From Octopus sinensis (Eukaryota), in assembly GCF_006345805.1 (NCBI RefSeq), contig NC_042999.1, positions 73,532,001 to 73,596,000 of the forward strand: DNA of 64,000 nt, given 5' to 3'. Position numbers and translations under genes: made by a program. Within the stretch, counting starts at the first letter, position 1. Each line of letters opens with the position of its first letter. Of the stretch, positions 52,625-64,000 are shown piece by piece. Below the pieces are notes generated by a model. That model was not told the DNA's origin and ran no database searches. It saw nothing but the letters and a program-made list of their open reading frames with translations.

Positions 52625-54200
52625 CTTTTTTCAACGATAAAAATCTCAAACAGATTTCAGTGTTCAATTTTCTGTATCATGTTTATGTGGAATTGATATG
52701 TTTAATGCTGCTCCAAAGTGCTCCTACATCTACTCTTCATTTTTTTTCATCCTTACTCAAAAGGTTTCCCTGTATATCTCTAAATGAAAGCTATTTGTTT
52801 TTCTTAATCGTGCTCGTGATTTCTTTAATGGATTCTTTGATAAAGCAATCTGATATTTCTCCCTCTTCCTCTCTATTCATTTGAACAATTTTGTTCAAGT
52901 ATTTCCTCTTATCATGATTAGTGAGTTTTATTACGCTATTAAGGCTTACGTATTCAGTGCTTAAAATAGGTAATCTTTGATCATAATTACTTACAGTTTC
53001 ACAGTTAAGTTTCGTTATCTTTCTTTTCTATCACGTCCCATGTTTCATTTGTAATCCATCATCTCTGACTTCTTCCCCTACTTCTAAGTATTAGTTTTTT
53101 CCTGCTTCTTGTAGAATCTCTTGATAATCTTTTCGTATCTGATGTGCATCTCCTCTATTTCCTCTTCACCCATTAATGTCTGCAGAACAAGTCTATTTCT
53201 ACATTCACATATAAATTCTTCTTTTCTGTTTTCGTTAATCCTTATTTTCTTTCTTCTAAACTTTGGAGCCGAGATTCAAGTTGTCTTCTTTCTAACTTGA
53301 ACATTATACAGTTATAGTCGCTGCCAATATTGAAACCGCTCTTAACCTTCACATTCAGTGTGGTCCTGAATTGCTTATCAGTTGCAACAGTGAGGGCGCG
53401 TGGCTTAGTGGTTAGGGCATTCGGCTCATGATCGTAAGGTTGTGAGTTCGATTCCCGGCGACGCGTTGTGTCCTTGAGCAAGACACCTTATTTCACGTTG
53501 CTCCAGTCCACTCAGCTGGCAAAAATGAGTTGTACTTGTATTTCAAAGGGTCAGCCTTGTCACTCTCTGTGTCACGCTGATTATCCCTGAGAACTACGTT
53601 AAGAGTACACGTGTCTGTGGAATGCTCAGCCATTTGCACGTTAATTTCACGAGCAAGCTGTTCCGTTGATCGTATCAGCTGGGACCCTCGTCGTCGTAAC
53701 CGGCGGAGTCTTCTAAATCAGTTGCAACATGATCTGTTTAATTTGATGTTTCCCAACTGTGCTAAAAAATGCATAGCTATAATGTAGCAAACCAATCCAT
53801 TTTCATTCAATTATTCCATTATTTTCCCATATATTCTGAAAAGCCATCATGACATTTCAGTTGGATATCAAAATCTCCTATACACAGCTGTAAGTCACGT
53901 TTCCCTATCTGTCCAACTGTTTCTTGACGCTTTTCGTATGTTGTTTCATTGGTTGGAACGTAACACACGATGGGACAAACATTTCTAGGTGTAGACCTGA
54001 ACCTAGCATACAAAATCCTTTCATTCATTGGCTGCCATTCACTAAGGACTTCGCCATTTCATTCATAAATAAACATTTCATAATGGTATACTTCACCAAC
54101 TCTTCCTAAGAGAGTTAATATTTATTTACACTTCCAATCTGAATATTTCAAAATCAGTCAACCTTGCCTCAGTAATGACACAGATGTCTAAATTTCATTG
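52625..54200 (-). pseudogene. Decayed RTE LINE endonuclease/linker region
   Basis: ERILYARF..IVCYVPTNE..CIGDFD and NIGSDYN are APE-endonuclease motifs. An inverted RT fragment (GIVQGDIL) lies at 54230-54530 (+). Confidence 0.7.
53390..53716 (+). mobile_element. Full-length tRNA-derived SINE with 13-bp TSD
   Basis: TSD ATCAGTTGCAACA (53377-53389, 53717-53729). A box TGGCTTAGTGG; B box GTTCGATTCCC. Confidence 0.95.
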
Positions 54201-55677
54201 TCGATTTTCATAAGACTCTCGATATTGCGACAAGCACTGCCAAAGATAATGAAAAAATGTGGCATACCGCAAAAATATATATTAACATAAGTACTTCAAT
54301 GAGGGAGCCTATGTCAGGTTATAGTGGATGGAATTCTCAGAGTACGTTTAGAAGTCAAGTCTGGTATTGTTCAGGGAGACATACTGTTCCTTGTGTACCT
54401 TGTGTCGGTGATTATGCAAGATTTTGCTAAGGGGAAAGTTTTGCAGGAGAGTGCTTGTGGAAAACAATTACCAGGTGGTAAGGTGCTAGCCGACCCAGTT
54501 TATGCAGGTTATACAAGCACAAAATGCAACTAATATTAGTTTGGTATTAGTTTCATCTGTCTTTACGTTCTGAGTTCAAATTCCGCCGACGTCAATTTAG
54601 CCTTTCATTTTTTCAGAATCGATAAAATAAGTACTTGAGTCGATCTAATCGACTTACCCTAACCCCTAAAATTGATGGCCTTCTACTAAAACGGTAGGTA
54701 GTGATTTGAGGGGCATTTGTCTACTCATGCAGGTTGAGCAACCATGTTAAAGCTCGCTTTTTGGCGCAAATGGCTCATTCTTAGCGGTGGAAGAAAGAGG
54801 ATATGGTGACAATCATGCCTTTTTCAGGTACTTAAGTGTAGTTATTTAATGTCAAATGGCTCTAATTAGAGTATCAAAATGTTGTTACGGTCTTAGCTCC
54901 ATGGGAATTTAAGTCTTATTTTAGAGTCTATAGGGAATTCGCTAGAAAATATGCTAAGAAACATATTGAAGGTATTACTCAGATATTCTTTGAAGTGGCA
55001 AATACTAACACTTCCGCCTTGCCAACGACTTTCAGTACATTTGAATTATCAAACAGCAAATTAAATAAAACATTAATAAATACTTACGCACATATAAGCA
55101 TACACAGGTTGAAAAGTTTACACACACATATTACGTTTATGAGCTTAACAAGGGAGTCTCTACAGTAAGAGGTCGCTTGGTTTTCTCAAAGTAGCAACCA
55201 TATTCTATTAAAAAAATGGAAAGACACAGTGATCAAAGTAGCTCGAGATATATAAAAGAAAAAAGATAGGTTGGCCGTGCCTGGAATATCTTTGATGACA
55301 GGTTTTATGAATCTTTGTTAACTTGAGTCTAAATAACATTTAGGTAATCTGAGCTTTTGGAACCCGAGCAGCTCTTCGGCTAGCCAGCTCCTGTCAAAGC
55401 GTCAGCCCATGCCAGCATGGAAAACGGACGTTAAATGATAATGATGTTGATGGTGATCATACATACATACATACATATTAGTGTGGATTTTAATCATTAA
55501 TTCTGTGTTGTTAGTTCATAATATATAAACTACATGTGAAGACAAGAATGACCACGCTCATATTTTTTGGGGTTTTTTTACATTTTTTTTATTAACCCAT
55601 TTCATTTATATTTACATGTGTACAAATATTTAATTTAATGGAATAACACCCATGCAATAATGACTGTTAGAAATCTT

Positions 55678-55714
55678 GGATCTTTTCTTTTTGATGGACT
55701 AAAAGAAAAGATCC
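55678..55714. mobile_element. 37-bp micro-MITE with 8-bp TSD
   Basis: GAAATCTT-[GGATCTTTTCTTTTTGATGGACTAAAAGAAAAGATCC]-GAAATCTT. Confidence 0.85.
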
Positions 55715-56117
55715 GAAATCTTTTGTAATACTAAATAATATTATAGAAGTAGTTCAGTTATTGAAGATGAAATATGTAGAAAAGTAGAACTACTACATGT
55801 AAGTTATGCATGTGAGATTCGACTGCACAACTCAAGGTCGATACCTTTTGTTGAATATGACAGACATGAAAACGTAAAAGAGAGCAAGAGACCAACTTGC
55901 TAAGCAAAGCAACGTAGTTCCATATGGACTATTGGGCAGCTCTGGTCAGCATGAATTTACTAGCTTTTATAACCATAAGCAAAGGTTTCCAGAACCTTCA
56001 ATTAAGCTACATGGCAGGAAAACTCACTTCTTTTGAAGTTTGCTGCATCTACTATGGTTTACCAATATACAGTAATCCCTTGACTATCGCGGGTGTTACG
56101 TGCCAAAGAAAATAACG

Positions 56118-56525
56118 GGATCTTTTCGGTTTGAACGGCAGTTTTTCTAGCGGTGTCATATGAAATTGTCACCCATAATTATGACCCTAGTATTGATCTA
56201 TTGCATCTCAATCTGTTTTAGGGTTAGGGGTGGGGGGAAGGTATATTTTTTTTCTTCAGAAATGTAAATAAACCCAATCTGTTTCTTAAACGAGGGACAT
56301 ATTCATACGGCACAGAATGTTTTCACCTCAATAGACGTCAGTGATTGGTTGAAATTGCAGAAATTGAAGAAAAAACAACAAATATCTTACAAACTATAGA
56401 ATTTTCTCAATAAAGCCAAGAGAAAAAGATGTTTTATAAACACATTCTACCAGTATACGAAGTTTAAAAGTGTTTAGTTACGTGGAAATTATTTTTAAAA
56501 ACTGCCGTTCAAACCGAAAAGATCC
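56118..56525 (-). mobile_element. GGATCTTTTC MITE, inverted copy of 48389
   Basis: Perfect TIRs GGATCTTTTCGGTTTGAACGGCAGTTTTT. Interior is the reverse complement of 48389-48792. Adjacent to a pogo-like end TACAGTAATCCCTTGACTATCGCG (~56068). Confidence 0.9.
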
Positions 56526-57273
56526 GTAGGTTTTGGTCCTGAGCTGGGAAAATCTGAGACCAATGGTTCAAAACTCAACAGGAGCAGATATGATGTCTCC
56601 ATTGTATTCAAAACAACCACAAGATTACATATATTAGAATTTTCCACCTCAAGGAGGTGTAAAAGATAAATTGTCAAAAAGACAATAGAATCAACTTTTT
56701 TCTCTCTCCAGAATCGTAGAATAGGAAAAAATAGAGAATGAGCAACACACCAATAGATAGATGTGTGTGTGTTTGTTCTTTTATTCTTTTACTTGTTTCA
56801 ATCATTTGACTGCAGCCATGCTGGAGTACCATCCCCAAAATTGCTCCCAGGACTTTTTCTTTGTAAGCTTAGTACTTATTCTATTGATCTCTTTTGCAGA
56901 AGTACTAAGTTATGTTGACATAAACACACCAGCATTGGTTATCAAGCGACGGTGTAGGGGAAGGGGGGTAAAACACAGACACACACATAAAGGCATACGG
57001 GTTTCTTTCAGTTTCATCTACCAAATCTACTCACAAGGCTTTGGTCAACAAGACACTTGTGACTATGTGTATATCTATATCTATCTATCTATCGATCTAT
57101 ATATATATATATAGCAACAATTTAGATTCAAATGAATATGGCACTTAATTTAGATGCACCAGAATTTTTTATGGTGTTACCCATAAAAATATGCGGGGTG
57201 ATTATAATAAAAAAATAAGCAACAAGAATGAATCCGGTAATTTAGTACAATTGTTTCATACTCTGCAAATATT

Positions 57274-57328
<55 letters not shown>

Positions 57329-58589
57329 TTTGGGGATTTGGTTTGCAAGATTGTTTATGTGAGGTCGAGTGTTGGAAGCATATTCTGTTGTGTCTGGGAG
57401 AGTCATTCTCTTTTGGTGCCTTATAATTTAACACACTCACCAGTAAAATTTCCACTTATTTCTTTTATATTTTTCTAAAATTTTCGTTGCATCTTACAAC
57501 CTTTTCAATAGTCGTTGACTCTGTCCATTACTCACACTGCGTTCCTTTTTGTTTGTTTGTGCATGTGTGTGGATCAGAGATCTCAGCACAAATACTGCAA
57601 GAATCTGAAACTGAAAGAAACCTATCATGTTTGTGTGTGTGCTTGTGCGACTGACTTACTGTCTTGTTGAATGTTGTAAATGAGCCTCACCATCATGCAA
57701 GCAGTGTCCCTCATTTCCAATCTTTTGTGAAAAGACCTAGTCGTAGGAAATCTCACTTAGAAACAGGTGAGGCCTGGCAACAGGAAAAGGATCTGGCTGT
57801 ACAAAATCTGCCTCAGCAAATTCCGTTTGACACATGCATGCATGAAAAAGTGGGCATCAGAACGACAATGATGATGATACATTGAGAGGGAGGGAGGTAC
57901 AATAAAAAGGGATATATGTCACTAGTAAATTACTGTTTTGAAGATAGCATGTTTGTACATAAGTGTGTGTACATATGTATGTATTTGTACATACATACAT
58001 ATGTATATATGTATATCTATACACACATTCGCACATATATATATACGTACATATATGTAAGCATGTACATTAGTTTAGTGTCATTTATTTCTTTAGTATT
58101 TTTGTTTGTTTCTTTTACTCGTTCATTCACACACACACAAACATACATTTAGTTATATACTTATTAAGTTCTCTTTTCCCTTTTGTTTTGGGTTGGTAAG
58201 TTCAGTTTATCCCTGCCTTTCCTACATTTCTTTTTATATTTAAACAGCTTTAAAGTGAGGAGATTGCCAAACACAAGGAAGGCAGGGAGGAAGGAATGAA
58301 AGGCTATTTGTTCTCCTTAAATCTGTGTGTGAGAGCTAGGTAGTTGGTGCGTGCTGTATACTTTGTGGGTAGTGTAGTGGAACTGGTTCTGGTCACTTGA
58401 TGAAAGGGAGACATGTATATATAAAAGGTGATGATATTCCAAGCGTTATCATCACTGATAACCTCTAGTATCATTAAAGGAATGCAGAACTCCATTGAAA
58501 CTAAAAGAAAATGAAGAACAGCTGTTTCCAGTGGTATTGGATGATGTATTTGATGGGGGAGGAGCTTTGTGGAGGATGTAGAGTATGGT

Positions 58590-59030
58590 AGATATGGTAG
58601 AGGATTATGTGGCATGGCATACCATGGTATCGCACATACTACAATATGGCACATTATTGCATTGTATAGTATGAAATGGTATAGCATTGTGTAGAGTATG
58701 GCATGACATATGATTATTGTATGGCATAGTATGATGCAGCATGATATGATATATTATGCTAGAGTATAATATAGCATGATTTTTGTATGATATGCTTATA
58801 GTACTATATTATATTGATTGAGGTGTCATACTATACTACATTATTTTATGGAATGGTACTGGATGGTGATATAGTATTGTAAAATATAGGGTGGCATGCT
58901 TTGGTAATATATGCTATGGTTTGGTATGTCATATGGTTACGGTATGATTATGCTATGGATATGGTATTATCTGATATTGTATTATAGGGATTATAGGATT
59001 ATTGCAATGTTATGATATGGTAATAAAGAC
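58590..59030. repeat. Degenerate pentanucleotide (ATGGT/ATAGT)n satellite; related tract at 61495-61590
   Basis: 5-bp periodic ATGGT/ATGGC/ATAGT/ATGAT. Confidence 0.75.
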
Positions 59031-59216
59031 ACATGGCCTATTGATTAGGATGATGGGCTTACAATAAGATTGTAGGTTTGATCCCTAGAATGGGCAGCAT
59101 GTTGTCTCCTTGGGTAAGGCACTTTATTTCACATTGTTCCAGTTTGCTGAGCTGAAAATGTGTACCAGCCAAGTGCTGGTGTTGCCCTCTCTCCCTCTAT
59201 CTGTCACATCCTAGAT

Positions 59217-59345
59217 CAGACATGGGCAACTTTTTACATGAAACATGGCTCATTATCTTGCAGTTTGTACTACTAAAAATTCAAGGTAAGTTTTCTTTAG
59301 ACATGCCATTCAGAATCTCCTGTAGGCCACAAGTTACCCATGACT
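59217..59345. mobile_element. Short hAT-like MITE
   Basis: CAGACATGGGCAACTT / AAGTTACCCATGACT ends; CCTAGAT flank. Confidence 0.45.
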
Positions 59346-59351
59346 TTTCTA

Positions 59352-61372
59352 CAGGGTGCAGAAGATATTTGAGAACAGATTTATGTTCATAAAAAAAAAA
59401 TAGATATATAATAACAGATAATAACTTTATTATCAAAAAGTGCTATGAGGATAAAAATAAACTTTCTTTTCTATAACATTTTTCAATAAAGCCACCTTCA
59501 GCTTCAGTAACTGCTTCTATATGAGATCTAGATTATCTACATGCTTGAACCAAGTGGTCCTGGTTCATTCTGAATGTTTCTCTGATTATTTCAAAGAATC
59601 TTTGGTGTAATGTGTGTGTTCATTGACCTCTCTCTTAACAGCACTCAACATGTAATAGTTTGTAGCATGTCTGTATTAGCTTAGTTAAAACATGCATTTT
59701 TGGACTTCAAGGTGGGCTCAAATGACTCTCAGTTTACAGCTTTATTCAGTCTGTGATTGGCTGTATTAACTAGCTCCCTCAAACAGGTCTTCTCTGCAAC
59801 ATCTGATTGTCACTTACATAATGTGCCTGCCACCATGATTCAGTTGAGTTCTTTGTCTCGCTTCTCTAAAGGACTCCTGGCATGCAGTTTTGTTCCATCA
59901 TGTTAACACTGGCCTCTCACACACAAGAACATTCTTCTTCCACATGTGCCAGCAGATTTGACCAGACTCAATGCTGTTATCTTTCACACTTTTCTAGAAA
60001 CCCTTCCATCAAGCCTACTTCTATATATACAAAGTACAACTAATGTCTTTATACATTCATTCATTTACTGCTCACACACCAGAGACATCTCTATACAGGA
60101 CTCTATGCAAGGCAATTCATGTGTAATCCACCACTACAATAAAACTTTATAATCTTAAAGTGAGTTGTATATCACCACACGGCTATCAAGCACACGAACA
60201 TAGTTGGCGACGTCTGTCAGCCACCACTGCTATCAACAATTACCATCGCTAATATCATCATCTTCAACCAATGATAATTGAGTCAACTTGATGTGAGAAC
60301 AACTTTTCTCGAAATAATAACCAACAGACTATCTTAAGGTGGTGGTATCCACAAACTGCCACACTGGTGACCTCCAGCAAACCTTTATATTCACACATAC
60401 AGCAAATTCATCCACTTTGCTAAAAGTCCAATGGATTGAGATCTAGGGAATTAGGAGGCCAAATGTTATGGGCTTTGTGATCATGAAAATTAGCCATCCA
60501 TTCTGGCATTACTTGAGCCTTGTGTGATGGTGAAGAGTCTTGCTGAAACACAATTGGCCTTCTATTGTATACACTGTCTATCCAGGGCTTCACAACTGTC
60601 TCTGGAACCATAAGGCCTTGTGGAAAGAAGTAAGGAGGCATCACATGTCCTTCATTGCTGACAACCCCTAAAACCATGACAGTTGCAGGAAATTATGTAT
60701 GCATAACTCTTGGAACTTCAAAAGGGTCTGCACATAACCATCTGCCATTTCTTCAGTTAACTTTTTGATCTTGGTTGAAGTTTTTCTCGTCTGAGAAAAA
60801 TCAAATCACATCTTCTGCTGGATTTTTCAGTTCGTTTAAGAGCCTTTTAGATCTGATGTAGTGATTTTCTTTTGCTTTTTCTGACATAAATTTACCTTTC
60901 CTCATCATATGAGACTTATATCTGATGTCTTTGTGGACAATATTTCTGATTGTTCCTTCTGACACATGGAGATCTTTTGCAATTGACCTCATGGATTTTC
61001 TGGGATTGTAATCAATGGTCTGTTGAACTTGTTGGATAAATTCAGATGTTCTGATGATTTCAGAGTATTTAGAATGCTTTTTAAACTTTAATACTGGCAA
61101 TACATTTCCATCTTCAGTCTCTTACTCCTTATGAACTTTGTAGATGAAAGATCTGGCAACTTTTACAAATCAAGATATTTCTAAATTGCTCTGCTCAGCC
61201 TTTATAGTTATGGTAAAATCATGCCTCTTCATTCCTTGAGTAAGCTGAGGGTCTGCCATTATTATTTTCTGAAACAAAGGTTATGTAAAAAAATATGGCA
61301 ATGACCAAAACAAAGCGAAAAATATGGTAATGACCAAAAAAAGGTATGTCCTCAAATATCTTATACACCTTG
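59352..61372 (-). mobile_element. Full-length decayed DD37D (maT-like) Tc1/mariner transposon
   Basis: TIRs CAGGGTGCAGAAGATATTTGAGAACA / TGTCCTCAAATATCTTATACACCTTG with TA on both sides. Transposase from ATG 61259: KSMRSIAKDLHVSE, FSDEK, VMVLGVVSNEG, FQQDSSPSH..WPPNSLDLNPLD (36 aa between the Ds). Confidence 0.92.
59661..60424 (+). mobile_element. Solo LTR inserted at the third catalytic Asp of the DD37D transposase
   Basis: TGTAGCA..TGCTAAA termini; 4-bp TSD AGTT/AGTC; AATAAA at ~60138. Removal restores NPLD-YYMLSAVKREVN. Confidence 0.75.
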
Positions 61373-63178
61373 TAGATGTCCTGCTGAGTCAAGGATATGA
61401 GGGTCAAAAGTGTTTCTATGTCTGCTTATGATTACACAGGCACCTAAAACAATTAGTGAATGAATGATACATGTTGACAAGTGCTGGTTATGCCTGCTGA
61501 TATGAGATGGTGTGGCATTGTATGTTTTGGCATGGTATGGTATGTAATTGTATAGCATGCTATAGTATTATGTAGTATGTTAATAGTAAGAAAGTTATCT
61601 ACTTTTAGGAATACAAGTAAACAGACTGACTTAATGACAAAAATGTTTCAAATTAAATTTACACACGAATATGTTATTATTGTTGTGTAAACCTATGTCA
61701 TACCTCACGGAGCAAACCTGTACATAGGTAAACATATTTTGATTTTATCAGATTTTCTCAATGAAGTATAGTCTTCTTGTACTTACCAGACTTTACAATG
61801 GCTGTGAGAATTTATAAGATTATAGGCAAATTGGGCACAATTATCTTTTTTTACACTACTAAATGTTATATTTCTTACATGAATGTGCAGTTAAGAAGCT
61901 TGTTTTGCAACCATATGATTTCAGGTGCCCCAGCATATCTGCAGTCCAAGAGTCCAAGTAAAAGATAAAAGCACAAAAACAGATATAATACATGTAAATT
62001 CTTAAGCTGAAATTTGAATCGAGAAACCTTATCTTTATACAGGTTTCTAATAACCTTAATCTCTGTGCTGTAGTATAATAAGAACTCTTCCATGTTTTCC
62101 AGCTTACAAGTAAAAGTTTTCAGATCATAGTTTAGTCAAAGAGGACTGGTCAACATCAAGACAACTTTGGAGGACCAAAAATTCTATGCATTTACACTGT
62201 ATACTATGCCTACTTGAATGCTGGAAAATAAGGTAATGTTGAAAATCCCAACATGAAAATGAAGGTTAATGACCCCATTATCTTAAACAACTCTAATAGT
62301 AACTCCTTTTGGAAATACATAAGTTTTAGTCTTTCTCCCATATTATATTATTTCTGTTCTGTTGCCAAAATTGATTGTTATTATTATCATTTTTCAAAGT
62401 TTTGGATGATGCTTAGCTTAATAAACATAAGATTATGAGTTACAGCTTTTACTACTGTTTTGTTTTGTGTTATGAACAATATACTTGTCTGTTATTTGCT
62501 TCTCAAAGTGAAATCCAAAAGATGTAAATTTATGGTTCACTGCTGCTCTGAGATCTTTAAAGGTACATATTTGTCAGGTATATTATATGGGGCAAGAAAT
62601 TTATCTTCAGCTTTACTGAAACGCAATGTTGATTTAAGCAAGTTTAGACAAGAGTCTTTTGCCAATGACTTTAACATGTGTACAAATGTTGTGTACACAG
62701 GTGATGGGGGTTGTGTTTCTTGAAGCTTCACAATCTCCTTCTGGTCTACCTTTGCCCCTCTCCTTTCTTCTTTGTCTTCTTCTTATCTACCTCCTCATCT
62801 TTCTTCTTTTCCTTCTCTTCCTCCGCTACCTCATTACCATCATCCCATCAGCATCATCATTTGTGATCCAGCAAAGGAGCCTCTATGCAGTCATTTGGCC
62901 TGCTAGAAATAATAACCAAATTTCACGCAAAGAGAATACAATTTGTTTTGCTATTTTATTTTAAAGGACACAACAAATAATATAGTCTTAAATTCACTTT
63001 GTTTGAAGGTAAAATACAAGGGTCATGCCATGAACATCTTTGGTCATATATCTGCTGGATCAGAGTTATCCTATCATTATTACTATCTTCAGTATTGTTC
63101 TCTTTATCATGATCTCCACCACCACCACCACCACCATCCTCATACATTCAGAACCTGTTCATTCATTTTCTTTGCGTT

Positions 63179-64000
63179 GTTAGGATTGGCAACGAATATA
63201 GTGAAGAATTCCGGGTAGAAGTAGGTGTACACCAAGGCTCAGCCCTCAGTCCCCTTTTATTCATCATAGTCCTCCAGGCAATAACAGAGGAATTCAAAAC
63301 AGGATTCCCCTGGGAGCTCCTCTATGCTGATGACCTGGCTCTCATAGCAGAATCACTACAGGAACTAGAAAAGAAATTTCGGGTGTGGAAGCAAGGGTTA
63401 GAATCAAAGGGCCTTAGAGTAAATGTAGCAAAGACCAAAGTTATAGTAAGCAGAAAGGCGAACTCAGCACACACACCCTCGGGCAGGTGGCCCTGCTCGA
63501 TCTGTAGGAAAGGTGTAGGTAGAAACTCCATAAGATGCACCCAATGTAAGCTATGGACGCATAAGAGGTGCAGCAACATCAAAGGGAAATTAACTGATAA
63601 GATAGCTTTTATGTGTGGCAGATGCACAGGGACAATAGACACCACAGACACTCAGAAAACAGATTCCATCACACTCCAGGGGGAGAAACTAGAAGTAGCT
63701 GATAGTTTCCGCTACCTGGGTGACCAAGTTAGTAGTGGAGGTGGATGCTCAGAGAGTATCACCACTAGAATACGAATAGCCTGGGCAAAGTTCAGAAAGC
63801 TCCTACCCCTACTGGTGACAAAGGGTCTCTTGCTCAGAGTGAAAGGTAGATTGTATGATGCATGTATGCGAACTGCCATGCTTCACGGTAGTGAAACATG
63901 GGCTGTGACTGCAGAGGACATGCATAGACTTGAAAGAAATGAAGGTAGCATGATCCGCTGGATGTGTAATGTCAGTGTGCATGCACGACAGAGTGTAAGC
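63179..64000 (+). CDS. RTE LINE reverse transcriptase, 5'-truncated, open to window end, with inserted PHD finger
   Basis: VGVHQGSALSPLLF..LLYADDL..GLRVNVAKTK..[CSIC..CTQC..HKRC..CGRC]..FRYLG..AWAKFR..LHGSETW. No stop in ~274 codons; absent from the ORF track because it runs off the end. Confidence 0.93.

Noticed and set aside
53391-53465. tRNA gene (also 19884, 30043, 40230)
   Set aside because: The tRNA-like segments lack a proper acceptor stem and run into repeat bodies; those at 30043 and 53391 are SINEs with TSDs.
62537-62860. Lys/Glu-rich minus-strand reading (EEEKEKKKDEEV) plus ORF MKLQETQPP
   Set aside because: Purine-rich low complexity with a stop/frame change, no recognisable domain and no convincing splice sites.

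Overview
Eukaryotic, AT-rich, microsatellite-dense genomic DNA with no prokaryotic features. The SINE, RTE-LINE and (TA)n/(CATA)n landscape is consistent with an Octopus (cephalopod) genome; this is an inference. Nearly all ORFs in the track are microsatellite or antisense artefacts. The recognisable coding content is transposon-derived: a young 5'-truncated CR1-like RT (13974-14905, -); an open RTE RT with an in-frame C4HC3 PHD finger (63179-64000, +); decayed RTEs; three Tc1/mariner lineages (DD34E, DD37D, DD41D-like); and a FLYWCH-MULE. Many SINEs, MITEs, solo LTRs and Helentron-like units are also present, often nested with clear target-site duplications (TSDs). Highlights are Penelope-type minimal hammerhead ribozyme motifs (one with an intact core), TTAGGG-bearing MITE/foldback elements, a 37-bp micro-MITE with a TSD, a near-identical ~1.57-kb tandem duplication, paralogous micro-exon candidates, and a candidate spliced minus-strand host transcript starting near 24.6 kb. 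No host protein-coding gene could be named. Coordinates were read by eye and no database searches were run.
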